A stretch of DNA of 64,000 nucleotides, from IMG/VR virus record IMGVR_UViG_3300020182_000007; one strand, given 5' to 3'. Positions within the stretch are counted from its first letter, which is position 1. Every line of letters begins with the position of its first letter. The position numbers and the translations under genes were made by a program. Shown piece after piece: positions 1 to 8,265 of the stretch. Under the pieces are notes generated by a model. The model searched no databases and was not told the DNA's origin. It was given only the letters and a program-made list of their open reading frames with translations. This stretch comes from a virus.

Positions 1-192
1 ATATTATTAAGATAAGCCATGGTATTGTATCTTGCACAAATTTATTTTGTAAAAACCTAATTACCTTAACCTTCAGTGTTCTTTTTGATTTCCTATCTTT
101 AATTATGTTTCCGAACCTATCTATTGTTGGCATATTTTTAATCTCATAAATTATTCCAATCCACAATATTACAAATACTATTCCTATTATTG

Positions 193-834
193 TTAATCCC
201 ACCATCTAGAAATGTTTTCTGCCATTATTTTAAATAATAAAGCGTTTGCTCTTTCGTGGTTTATATGACCAATGTTCATTGCTACTCTTTGTTTAATTTC
301 TGAGTGGTCTTCCCCATCTAATGGAAATGGACCTTCACTATGTCCAACAACTCTATTGTATATTAATGGATATTTCTTAAAATACTCGTTAAAGTCTTCG
401 GTAAGTAATTTAGATTCCCATGAACTATAACCTTCTTTCTCGGTTGGTTTAAACCAATGTTTAGTCTTGTGGTAGTCAGAGTATTCTGAACTATAAGTCT
501 CATCTTGTACAAGTTTCATTAACCTAACACATGTCATCATAACTTCTACATCGCGTTTTGCTCTTGTATGAATATCTCTACTCCCAATGTATTTAGACTG
601 CGCTTTTAATTTGTGCATCATTATCTCAAAGATGTAATGAGAATCCCAATTACGATCTTTCCAAATGATAGGTAACCAATAAAAGATATTTTTAAATCCT
701 GTTTTGATATTCTTAAGAGTATATCTTCCTTCATTATCCCACCATAATGGAATCCATTGTATTTTTCTTATTATCCAAGACTTTTTAGATCTCTCTTTAG
801 ACCACTGATCAAATATGTCTAATTCTGGTTCCAT
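193..834 (-). CDS. hypothetical phage protein (likely start MEPELDIF at 834; ORF track extends to 882)
   Basis: Long ORF in the co-oriented cluster; the upstream extension overlaps a separate small ORF. Confidence 0.8.
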   Translation of the reverse strand: MEPELDIFDQWSKERSKKSWIIRKIQWIPLWWDNEGRYTLKNIKTGFKNIFYWLPIIWKDRNWDSHYIFEIMMHKLKAQSKYIGSRDIHTRAKRDVEVMMTCVRLMKLVQDETYSSEYSDYHKTKHWFKPTEKEGYSSWESKLLTEDFNEYFKKYPLIYNRVVGHSEGPFPLDGEDHSEIKQRVAMNIGHINHERANALLFKIMAENISRWWD

Positions 835-845
835 ATTAATTTGTT

Positions 846-971
846 TTAATCTATCCACTTTCCATGTGTTCGTAAATGCCAAAATCTGTGTTTGAGCACT
901 TCTAGCACTAATTGAAAGAAAGTATCGGTTTCATAAGTACCTGCTTTTGTAATAAGTTTAAATTGTTTCAT
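846..971 (-). CDS. small hypothetical protein, 41 aa (MKQFKLITKAGTYETDTFFQLVLEVLKHRFWHLRTHGKWID)
   Basis: Manual translation; fills the intergenic gap directly downstream of a middle-type promoter. Confidence 0.55.
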   Translation of the reverse strand: MKQFKLITKAGTYETDTFFQLVLEVLKHRFWHLRTHGKWID

Positions 972-989
972 TATCTATCCGCATATAGT

Positions 990-1016
990 TTATATAGAAT
1001 TATTATCGTAAGTTTC
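990..1016 (-). promoter_or_regulatory. putative middle promoter GAAAC-N16-ATATAA
   Basis: Exact bipartite motif with fixed spacing, repeated at 7 sites. Confidence 0.6.
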
Positions 1017-1280
1017 AATCACCATTTTCGAAACTTTCTGTCTAGATACTTCATTTATTAATACTTCTTTAATAAAGTTTTTAGCGTCAAGCATTGAATT
1101 GAAGCTAGTTCTCTCCGTATAAAAATCTTGGTAAACGCCTTGTTCGTGCTTAATATATAACCATCTCTTCCAGAAGAATAAGAATGGCCTAAGTTCTTGA
1201 ACATAAAAGCTAGGAGAGGTACCTTTACCAAATTCATTATAATATTCTTCTCTGGTTATTCTATAACTAATTGGCTTCAT
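990..1280 (-). CDS. hypothetical protein
   Basis: ORF tightly packed in the minus-strand operon. Confidence 0.75.
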   Translation of the reverse strand: MKPISYRITREEYYNEFGKGTSPSFYVQELRPFLFFWKRWLYIKHEQGVYQDFYTERTSFNSMLDAKNFIKEVLINEVSRQKVSKMVIETYDNNSI

Positions 1281-1504
1281 ATATCTAAATTAATATTATT
1301 TTCATTAAGGAAATTATGTAGCTGCTCTCTACATAATTCAAATGTTTCATAAGAATCATCACTTATATCTTCGGGTGCGTATTTAATCTTACCTCTTAAC
1401 CATTGATCCATACTACAAAGCGTGGAGTGCATATGCTCTCCTTCATTTGCTATTATAAACTCGCGTTTATCTTCGGGTAAACTAAATTCTAATATTGCTT
1501 TCAT
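1277..1504 (-). CDS. hypothetical protein
   Basis: 75-aa ORF with ATGA-type overlap to its neighbour. Confidence 0.8.
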   Translation of the reverse strand: MKAILEFSLPEDKREFIIANEGEHMHSTLCSMDQWLRGKIKYAPEDISDDSYETFELCREQLHNFLNENNINLDI

Positions 1505-1508
1505 TTCT

Positions 1509-1982
1509 TTATACTGGATTACCTTCTAGTTCAGGATATATCTTAGATAGTTCGTAAGTACTGTTTCCTGTTTTAAATTTAATGTAATCATCCCTCTGTT
1601 CCATAATTTCTGTTATCGTTGTGGTTTGCCATGTGAATGATTGATTGAACGGTGACATAAGTAAACTTCTACCAATTGCACCTTCTTCAAATTGTTCTTT
1701 AAAACTACCATTTTCATTCCACTCTAACCATTTAATACCATTAGATTGTTTTGTTAACCCATCACGTTCTCTAACAAGTTTCCAATTCATTTGAGTTTCT
1801 CCAAATAATAGCTTACTCATTTCGTCATCCATCTTTAAATTACCATTCTCTTCTTGAGTTAGTAATACCTTTGGTTGTACTCCTCCTATCATATTTTTAT
1901 CTTTTACTTCAACGAATACATCATAATTTGCCTTTCTTTCTTCAATATCTTTTTGCGATAGCTTTTTTAAATGAACTTTCAT
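1509..1982 (-). CDS. hypothetical protein
   Basis: 157-aa ORF in the packed operon. Confidence 0.8.
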   Translation of the reverse strand: MKVHLKKLSQKDIEERKANYDVFVEVKDKNMIGGVQPKVLLTQEENGNLKMDDEMSKLLFGETQMNWKLVRERDGLTKQSNGIKWLEWNENGSFKEQFEEGAIGRSLLMSPFNQSFTWQTTTITEIMEQRDDYIKFKTGNSTYELSKIYPELEGNPV

Positions 1983-2021
1983 ATCATTTTGGTTTTGTAT
2001 GCTTCCATCTACTAGTGGTTG

Positions 2022-2306
2022 CTAGTATCTTTCACTTCCCAATATATGATTTACTACCGCTTCAGGAGAACCTGACTCAACAAAAGGCTCTAATCTTTTC
2101 ATGGCATCTGTTATGTCACGTGCTATTATATACGTTTCACATAGTTTTTTAGCGTGAATATAAACACATTGATAAATTAAGTGATCCTGTATTTTAGAGC
2201 AACCAACTACTTTAACCTCTAAAACAGCAGCATGTCTACCTTCTTTTATAATAGAGTCTAATATATCTATGTCTTCTTTTTTGTATTTCTTTTTAATTTC
2301 GCTCAT
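2022..2306 (-). CDS. hypothetical protein
   Basis: 94-aa ORF in the packed operon. Confidence 0.75.
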   Translation of the reverse strand: MSEIKKKYKKEDIDILDSIIKEGRHAAVLEVKVVGCSKIQDHLIYQCVYIHAKKLCETYIIARDITDAMKRLEPFVESGSPEAVVNHILGSERY

Positions 2307-2315
2307 CTTCTTTGT

Positions 2316-2654
2316 TTATTTGTATATTTTATCCGCTATTTTATAAAGAATACCTTGGATTCCGGTTGGTTCAGTACCTCCCCATAAAACACGATCACTT
2401 TCATTATCAAACCATTTCCAAAGTGGAGTACTTAGAAATAAGAAATCCCAATTTGTAACATTAAAATATTTAATATCTGCTCCGTTTGGTAACCTAAATT
2501 CAAAAGACAATAATGAATATGGTCTGTAGTCTTTTACTATTTCAAAGAATGTAAATCCCCAACAGTGATCTCCGTCATGTAAGTAAATGTCTAATAGATT
2601 GAACTTAATGTTCCATCTACGAGTTTTCCATGATATTTTGCTTAATAATCCCAT
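2316..2654 (-). CDS. hypothetical protein
   Basis: 112-aa ORF with stop/start overlap. Confidence 0.75.
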   Translation of the reverse strand: MGLLSKISWKTRRWNIKFNLLDIYLHDGDHCWGFTFFEIVKDYRPYSLLSFEFRLPNGADIKYFNVTNWDFLFLSTPLWKWFDNESDRVLWGGTEPTGIQGILYKIADKIYK

Positions 2655-2863
2655 TATTTTTCTAATTTATGTAAGTCTCTTAATAATATAGAATACGCTT
2701 CTTCACATGATTCTTTATAAAACACATCAGTGAAATCTTTCATGTTGTCGTATTTAGCACATAAGTGTTGACCAAATCTTTGATCCTCTTTATTTCTACC
2801 ATCACCATGTTCAATGGACCATGTAATGTATTCTGTGTTTAATTTTGAGTAATCTAGTATCAT
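2654..2863 (-). CDS. hypothetical protein
   Basis: 69-aa ORF with stop/start overlap. Confidence 0.75.
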   Translation of the reverse strand: MILDYSKLNTEYITWSIEHGDGRNKEDQRFGQHLCAKYDNMKDFTDVFYKESCEEAYSILLRDLHKLEK

Positions 2864-2872
2864 GTTATTTAG

Positions 2873-3010
2873 TTACGATATGATGCTAATAACATATACT
2901 CCGATTAGTGTTACAATAACAAACGTTACTGCTAATCCAATTATCTTATAACTAGACTCTACTGATTCCCTTGACCTTCCTTGTTCTTTTTGTCTATTCC
3001 AATTTCCCAT
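2873..3010 (-). CDS. small single-TM membrane peptide, 45 aa
   Basis: Manual translation MGNWNRQKEQGRSRESVESSYKIIGLAVTFVIVTLIGVYVISIIS; fills the gap between ORFs. Confidence 0.55.
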   Translation of the reverse strand: MGNWNRQKEQGRSRESVESSYKIIGLAVTFVIVTLIGVYVISIIS

Positions 3011-3014
3011 ATTC

Positions 3015-3329
3015 TTAATTTATTTCAAATGCATTTTCCCATCCTGTTCTGACCATCATTTTAGTATCTAAAAGATCCTCTAGTGCCTCTCCTCCTGTAG
3101 TTATTTTTTTATAAGTTTCGCTGTATTTTCCTTGAAATATTAATTCATACTTTTTACCGGTGTTGCTGATTAAAAATTTAATTACTATTAGCGACGGAGT
3201 ATACATATTTACAGATGTTATATCAATTACGGTGTTTTCGTGAGCCTTAATTGAAGTTTGCGATTTTTCTAGAAGGTATTTCCATATTCTATGCCTAATA
3301 GGATTTCCTGTTATTTTAATAGTACTCAT
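3015..3329 (-). CDS. hypothetical protein
   Basis: 104-aa ORF in the operon. Confidence 0.7.
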   Translation of the reverse strand: MSTIKITGNPIRHRIWKYLLEKSQTSIKAHENTVIDITSVNMYTPSLIVIKFLISNTGKKYELIFQGKYSETYKKITTGGEALEDLLDTKMMVRTGWENAFEIN

Positions 3330-3330
3330 A

Positions 3331-3630
3331 TTATTTTTTATTTATTATTACAACTTCAGTTTCTTGTGCGGATTCTAGCTCTAACCCAAAATGTTCAAAT
3401 ACTACTTGGAAATATTTGTGGGTTAACCTAAGAGTTAAAAAAAACTCAGTCCAAGTAGGATCTGAAAAATCACAAGGGTCTATGTTTATAAAACCACAAT
3501 AATCTTCATGTTTTGGATTAAGTTGAAAATCGGTAGCTACCCATTCTAAACAATCAATTGCTACTTCTAAGTTACTCATCTTCTCTCCAAATCTTGTATA
3601 TTCTATGCGGCTTCTATCCGTTTGTTTCAT
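3331..3630 (-). CDS. hypothetical protein (likely start MKQTDRS)
   Basis: ORF track 3331..3657; the internal ATG reduces overlap. Confidence 0.7.
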   Translation of the reverse strand: MKQTDRSRIEYTRFGEKMSNLEVAIDCLEWVATDFQLNPKHEDYCGFINIDPCDFSDPTWTEFFLTLRLTHKYFQVVFEHFGLELESAQETEVVIINKK

Positions 3631-3832
3631 TTTTCCTGCTATTTTCCATATTTTCAAGTAGCTCTAGTAAACCTGATAGTTTCTCATCAGACATTTCATA
3701 AAGTAATGTTTTGTCCATGGGTAGCTTGTTATTCATTAGGCTTTCTTCAATTTGAATAATTAACATTGCTCGAATGTTAAGTCCCTTTAAAATTTTAGCT
3801 TCTGCTGATGTTAAGTTCTCTTTATTATTCAT
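3614..3832 (-). CDS. hypothetical protein
   Basis: 72-aa ORF. Confidence 0.7.
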   Translation of the reverse strand: MNNKENLTSAEAKILKGLNIRAMLIIQIEESLMNNKLPMDKTLLYEMSDEKLSGLLELLENMENSRKNETNG

Positions 3833-4016
3833 TATTGCCTACTTCTTTAATTAATAATTCAATGTCGTTAAACGCTAGTTCACATTCATTAGTTTCTGAT
3901 TCTCCTGATTCTACTTCTTGGATTGCTAAAAAATAAAAATCTCTAATATCATCTTCTAGATGAGCGTGTTTTACTGACATTCCTTCAGCATATGTTTTTA
4001 ATTCTGATAATTGCAT
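3825..4016 (-). CDS. small acidic hypothetical protein
   Basis: 63-aa ORF. Confidence 0.7.
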   Translation of the reverse strand: MQLSELKTYAEGMSVKHAHLEDDIRDFYFLAIQEVESGESETNECELAFNDIELLIKEVGNNE

Positions 4017-4020
4017 ATAT

Positions 4021-4353
4021 TTATTTGTTTAGGTGTTTACGATAATTAGATACAGACCTAGAAATAAGTTCTAGTCTATATTTTGGATTGTGTATTAATA
4101 TTCTTTCAGTAACTTCATATTCCGTTTCATTCCAGAATCTTCTTCCTTTTTTCTGAGGATTCAATTGATAAATAGTTCGGTGTAGTCCAGAATAATAGTA
4201 AGCAGGTTTAGTATAAGCTCTTCGAACATATCCACTTGCATAGCTTAAATAATCGCAATCAGCGATTGGATCATAATAGCATACAGTGCCGTTTTTCTTT
4301 TGAGTTTTTGAAGTTGTTTCTACCAGCCCTAGTGCTTTTAATTTTAATGACAT
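4021..4353 (-). CDS. hypothetical protein
   Basis: 110-aa ORF. Confidence 0.75.
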   Translation of the reverse strand: MSLKLKALGLVETTSKTQKKNGTVCYYDPIADCDYLSYASGYVRRAYTKPAYYYSGLHRTIYQLNPQKKGRRFWNETEYEVTERILIHNPKYRLELISRSVSNYRKHLNK

Positions 4354-4356
4354 AAT

Positions 4357-4581
4357 TTATCTTTCTAGTATTACAAAGTCTCCGAATGCTTCATCAAAAA
4401 CTTTAATTAAATTTTCATAATCTCCACTTTGCATTTGCTTGAGTAACTCTTCGTATGGTTTATCTAAATCCTGTGAGAATTTCTTAGCGTGTGCTAGTAA
4501 TGCGAATGCATTTCCATCTGGACCTGTAAGATCTATAATAATTGGACCCTCTTGGTGTTTGTGTAGTTTTTTTCTAATCAT
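4357..4581 (-). CDS. conserved-looking phage hypothetical protein (IDLTGPDGNAF motif)
   Basis: 74-aa ORF carrying a GxDGNAF motif seen in small phage proteins. Confidence 0.8.
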   Translation of the reverse strand: MIRKKLHKHQEGPIIIDLTGPDGNAFALLAHAKKFSQDLDKPYEELLKQMQSGDYENLIKVFDEAFGDFVILER

Positions 4582-4583
4582 TC

Positions 4584-4757
4584 TTAGTAATTGGTTTGGT
4601 TGTACGATTTAAAGCCTAAAATTGGCGTGTGTCCAGATATTTCGTCTTTACGCTTAGTTATCATATCTCTTGTGAGCAACAGTGTTTCAACGTCCTTCTC
4701 AGTTTTTACCCAATCTGTAAATAGGTATGTTAGTAATTTTGATTTAATTTTTTTCAT
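4584..4757 (-). CDS. small hypothetical protein, 57 aa
   Basis: Manual translation MKKIKSKLLTYLFTDWVKTE...; fills the gap exactly. Confidence 0.65.
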   Translation of the reverse strand: MKKIKSKLLTYLFTDWVKTEKDVETLLLTRDMITKRKDEISGHTPILGFKSYNQTNY

Positions 4758-4758
4758 A

Positions 4759-5082
4759 TTAATAGTTATTAGATTCTACTCTGTCGTGAACTGAAATTGG
4801 TGCATTGCCAGGAAATCTAGAATCCGAAGTGTAAATCCAATTACCACCGAACATTGAACGTTTGTTACTCTTGTATATTCCAGCAGGAACCGCGTACCAA
4901 GCTTCTTTTCCAAACAATTGTCTTTCTACTAAAACCAATTCATCATCTGGGATTAGTGTTAAATCTGCTAAATCAACGCCATCACCGTGGTGTAGAATAA
5001 TAGAGTCCTCTCTTGAAGTTAGACCATTGTTTGTTGAGTCTCCCATGGAGTTTCTGAGTACGAATGTTAAAATGTTTGACAT
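4759..5082 (-). CDS. hypothetical protein
   Basis: 107-aa ORF directly after an early-promoter repeat. Confidence 0.8.
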   Translation of the reverse strand: MSNILTFVLRNSMGDSTNNGLTSREDSIILHHGDGVDLADLTLIPDDELVLVERQLFGKEAWYAVPAGIYKSNKRSMFGGNWIYTSDSRFPGNAPISVHDRVESNNY

Positions 5083-5096
5083 ATTTTTGTTTTTTT

Positions 5097-5173
5097 AATT
5101 ATAGTTAAATATAATCATTTAAAATGAATCGGAAAAACTTTTAGTGAATTATTTTCAAAAAGTTATTAACAAT
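5097..5173 (-). repeat. early-promoter repeat element, copy 1
   Basis: ~78-bp near-identical intergenic element (minus strand ATTGTTAATAACTTTTTGAAAA...TCATTTTAAATGATTATATTTA...TATAATT). Confidence 0.9.
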
Positions 5174-5174
5174 A

Positions 5175-5360
5175 TTAAAGATATACGTCGCAGCCTCCAT
5201 TTTCATTGTATGTAATGTAATCAAGCAGCTCTTCTATCTGATGCGTCTTGTTACTAAATGTTTTACTTTCCAATTCGGCTCCTTCGAATACTATTGTAGG
5301 TGTGATTTCCATTCCATGTGCGAATTCGATTTTGATTTGTGTTTCAGCGTGTACGTTCAT
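5175..5360 (-). CDS. hypothetical protein (single-gene cassette between repeats)
   Basis: 61-aa ORF flanked by repeat copies 1 and 2. Confidence 0.75.
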   Translation of the reverse strand: MNVHAETQIKIEFAHGMEITPTIVFEGAELESKTFSNKTHQIEELLDYITYNENGGCDVYL

Positions 5361-5374
5361 AATTTTTGTTATTT

Positions 5375-5452
5375 AATTATAGTATAAATATAATCATTTA
5401 AAATGAATCGGGAAAACTTTTGGTGAATTATTTTTAAAAAGTTATTAACAAT
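5375..5452 (-). repeat. early-promoter repeat element, copy 2
   Basis: Near-identical to copy 1. Confidence 0.9.
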
Positions 5453-5453
5453 A

Positions 5454-5795
5454 TTATCTTTGTTTTGTTTTTATTAACTTAATGTGCTTACAGTCTCCTC
5501 GGTTAAACATCTTTGCTGGACAGCTACAGTCCCAAGACCCTCCAATATCGCTAACATTGTAGAAATTACCAGGCTTAGAAGCCTCAACTTTCCATTCCCG
5601 TAGAGGCACTTGCCTTACTTCTGGAACAGTCTCTTGTTTTAATGGTTGTTTACTCATATCAAACTCTATCTGTTCTCTAGTGGTTCCTACTGGCACCTCG
5701 TGCCAACCTGGACATACATATGACTTGCCTGTTAGATTTACTAGTGCAAATACAGTACCATAAAATCGATCTGGTTGTAAAACTATCTTATCCAT
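5454..5795 (-). CDS. SWIM zinc-finger protein
   Basis: C-terminal WDCSCPAKMFNRGDCKHI fits the CxC-x(n)-CxH SWIM pattern. Confidence 0.75.
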   Translation of the reverse strand: MDKIVLQPDRFYGTVFALVNLTGKSYVCPGWHEVPVGTTREQIEFDMSKQPLKQETVPEVRQVPLREWKVEASKPGNFYNVSDIGGSWDCSCPAKMFNRGDCKHIKLIKTKQR

Positions 5796-6189
5796 TGCTT
5801 ATACTAAATTGTTTGCGAAGTTCTAGTACTTCTTCTTTTGTTTCAAATCCAATAATGTTGTATGATTCTTGTACATCTCCAAAGATTGGTGTTGCGTAGC
5901 CATTTGTGATTAAATCGTTCCATATTTCAGAAAGCCAGTAGTTTTCGAAATATTCTGCGTTCTTTAACATGTCGGCTTTCATATCTTCTAAAACATATCC
6001 TTCTCCATATCCGTAAGGGTTAATTATCTTTGCCAATTTATTTGCTTCTTCTTTTGTTTCTAAAACTTGAATGGCAAGATTAATTTGATCTATCATTAAC
6101 TCTTTAAGGCCATCGTTAAATGAATACATCTCATTTGACCATGGTTTAGTAATTTCTATTCCGTACTTGTATATTTTAGGTATTGCCAT
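5788..6189 (-). CDS. hypothetical protein
   Basis: 133-aa ORF. Confidence 0.8.
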   Translation of the reverse strand: MAIPKIYKYGIEITKPWSNEMYSFNDGLKELMIDQINLAIQVLETKEEANKLAKIINPYGYGEGYVLEDMKADMLKNAEYFENYWLSEIWNDLITNGYATPIFGDVQESYNIIGFETKEEVLELRKQFSISNG

Positions 6190-6191
6190 AA

Positions 6192-6407
6192 TTATAGTGT
6201 ATATGATTGAATGTTAAGGTGAGAATTAAATTCTTTCATCTCCTGCTCTGCGTATCTATTAGACTGTTCGTCTGCTTTAATAGCTCTCTCCAACTTAGTA
6301 GTAAACCATTCTAGGTTTTTATAATCTGGACTGTCGCTCATTCCTTGAATATCCATCGATTTTAAATCGTACTTAAACTCTTTTAATAATTCTGTTACGC
6401 TTGTCAT
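6192..6407 (-). CDS. hypothetical protein
   Basis: 71-aa ORF after repeat copy 3. Confidence 0.75.
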   Translation of the reverse strand: MTSVTELLKEFKYDLKSMDIQGMSDSPDYKNLEWFTTKLERAIKADEQSNRYAEQEMKEFNSHLNIQSYTL

Positions 6408-6424
6408 TTAGTGTATTGTTTTTT

Positions 6425-6501
6425 AATTATAGTTAAATATAATCATTTAAAATGAATCGGAAAAACTTTTAGTGAATTATTTTCAAAAAGTTATTAACAA
6501 T
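6425..6501 (-). repeat. early-promoter repeat element, copy 3
   Basis: Essentially identical to copy 1. Confidence 0.9.
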
Positions 6502-6530
6502 TCTTATTAAAGAGAGTTTCTCTTTGTTTT

Positions 6531-6585
6531 AATTATAGTATAAATATAAACAAAATAAACGACATAAAAAAATCTGGAGTGATTT
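6531..6585 (-). promoter_or_regulatory. early-promoter variant (no ORF follows before copy 3)
   Basis: Shares the TATATTTATACTATAATT core; upstream half resembles the 39448-39499 variant. Confidence 0.7.
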
Positions 6586-7348
6586 ATTTTTGATATTTTT
6601 TATCCCAAGCGTTAATTCTTTTTAGAAGCTCTTCTATTGTTATTGAAGATTCAGCATTCTTTGATACATTATCATTATGCCTCATTAATCTGCAGTTAGC
6701 AGGGTGGCCTAAAATCTTAGGATCAATATTATTAATTAGACCCATTTTACAACTGTACATGTGATCTCTACTAATACCATTTAGATTGTTTCCTCTGTTT
6801 GAAGCTGAATAAAACCCATGTTCATTAATTAGATCTAAATTAAATTCTTCTGGATAATCAAATACGTTAAAATTAAAAGAAGCGTCTGCTCTATAATTCT
6901 GTAGCTCAGTTCTGTTTCTTCTTTTAAATTCTTTTATACATTCAGAACTACAATACATTTTATCTCTCGTGTGTTCAAATTCTTTAGAGCAGTTTTTACA
7001 GGTGCAATTGCGTGTGTTATTTCTAGATAGAGATTCTGCTATCTTTTTCTTAGTTTCTTCTGATCTTTTACCTCTATAATTAGCACAAGATCTTGAACAG
7101 AAATTCTTTTCTTTCTTTTTACCAGGTCTGTATTCTATGTCAACTGAATTTGAACATTTTTCACATGAACATTCTACTGTTTCTTTTATATGCTTACCGT
7201 GTTTATCATTATAAGATTTACTAATAGTATTAGACATCTTTTTCTTCCAATCTGACTGATCTCTGTGTTTCCACCTAACATGATTCGCTTTAATCTTCTT
7301 GTTCTCAAAGATTTCTCCGCACTCGTTACATTTTATTACTTCTTCCAT
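6584..7348 (-). CDS. free-standing HNH-type homing endonuclease with multiple Zn-binding/DNA-binding modules
   Basis: CxxC pairs, C2H2-like CNEC...HVRWKH, FCSRSCAN, NUMOD3-like KRSEETKKKIAESL, and C-terminal SRDH...HPANC...HNDNVSK. Confidence 0.7.
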   Translation of the reverse strand: MEEVIKCNECGEIFENKKIKANHVRWKHRDQSDWKKKMSNTISKSYNDKHGKHIKETVECSCEKCSNSVDIEYRPGKKKEKNFCSRSCANYRGKRSEETKKKIAESLSRNNTRNCTCKNCSKEFEHTRDKMYCSSECIKEFKRRNRTELQNYRADASFNFNVFDYPEEFNLDLINEHGFYSASNRGNNLNGISRDHMYSCKMGLINNIDPKILGHPANCRLMRHNDNVSKNAESSITIEELLKRINAWDKKYQK

Positions 7349-7352
7349 ATTA

Positions 7353-7360
7353 TATATATC
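7353..7360 (-). promoter_or_regulatory. putative late promoter GATATATA (endonuclease gene)
   Basis: Motif a few nt upstream of the ATG; recurs before structural genes. Confidence 0.55.
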
Positions 7361-7403
7361 TCATCTTTGTGGAGAATCTTCTAATCGAACCATATTTTTT
7401 AAA

Positions 7404-7436
7404 CAAAAAAAGACCTACAAATTAATGTAGATCTTT
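7404..7436 (-). terminator. intrinsic terminator after tRNA-Ala
   Basis: Stem AAAGATCTACA/TGTAGGTCTTT followed by a U tract. Confidence 0.75.
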
Positions 7437-7440
7437 TAAG

Positions 7441-7742
7441 TGGAGAATATCGGAGTCGACATCTGTAATCTCTGACTTTCGTTAGAGTGTCGGACTATAT
7501 CATCATCTCATAGAGATGTTGGACGCTAATGTGGTTATTAAGAGAACTTTATCTCTCCACTAGTCTCTGAACCTTCTTAAGATGTATCTTAAGCTTGGCT
7601 GCTGATTGTCATATCATTTCTGACTTAGATTTCCAGCAATTCATCCAATTATTCGATAAGTATCACTACTTAAAGCGGCGCGTAATCACCGATGACCTCT
7701 TGCGTGCAAGGCAAGCGCTCTAGCCAGCTGAGCTAATTCCCC
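7441..7742 (-). tRNA. trnA: tRNA-Ala(TGC), intron-split; exons 7742-7688 and 7459-7441; no encoded CCA
   Basis: Spliced GGGGAATTAGCTCAGCTGGCTAGAGCGCTTGCCTTGCACGCAAGAGGTCATCGGT^TCGACTCCGATATTCTCCA forms a full cloverleaf with G3:U70. Confidence 0.95.
7460..7687 (-). mobile_element. 228-nt ORF-less group I intron inserted between U54 and U55 of the tRNA T-loop
   Basis: P/Q/R/S elements (GAATTGCTGGAAA, AATCAGCAGCC, GTTCAGAGACTA, GATATAGTCC), P7 GACTA/TAGTC, P3 TTGGATG/CGTCCAA, U.G splice wobble in P1, terminal G. Confidence 0.92.
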
Positions 7743-7777
7743 CTGATTATCTTAAAGTCTTAATCTTGACTAGATGT

Positions 7778-7785
7778 TATATATC
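7778..7785 (-). promoter_or_regulatory. putative late promoter GATATATA (tRNA)
   Basis: Motif 35 nt upstream of the tRNA 5' end. Confidence 0.55.
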
Positions 7786-7891
7786 CAATTAAAACTAAAT
7801 GTGTTATGGGTAGAGTTCGACCTCCTTTTCATAGGTGTAGGGTTGGGAGGAATACTGAACTCGCCATTTCTATACTCTACGCATAACACAT

Positions 7892-8257
7892 TTAGTTTTC
7901 TTGTTTATATAAGCTTGCAATATATGCAGTCACTCCATAATCAAGTAGGATATATGTCTTACCATCTATTCCCCAGTTCTCAGGATTATGAAGATCGCAG
8001 TTATTAAAACCAAACTCGGGAATCAATTCCTTGATACGAATAACCACATTATTTGGTATTGATGAGACTGTATTATATCTTTTCTGACAAACGATACCCA
8101 TCCACGCCCATTTTAGCTCCGCCAAAGAGATAGTATCGCGGTACTTATCCCAAATCTTCTTTTCATTAAGTCCTTGTAAATATCCTTTTCTACTTACTGG
8201 AATCTTAATAACTACATTCCTTAGAATGAAAACGAGTCTTGTTGAATATTTAATCAA
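7892..8257 (-). CDS. miniature protein-kinase-like (APH/PKL fold) protein
   Basis: VVIKIP (catalytic-Lys strand), CDLHNPENWG (catalytic loop) and LLDYG (DFG-like). Confidence 0.55.
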   Translation of the reverse strand: MIKYSTRLVFILRNVVIKIPVSRKGYLQGLNEKKIWDKYRDTISLAELKWAWMGIVCQKRYNTVSSIPNNVVIRIKELIPEFGFNNCDLHNPENWGIDGKTYILLDYGVTAYIASLYKQEN

Positions 8258-8265
8258 ATAACTTT

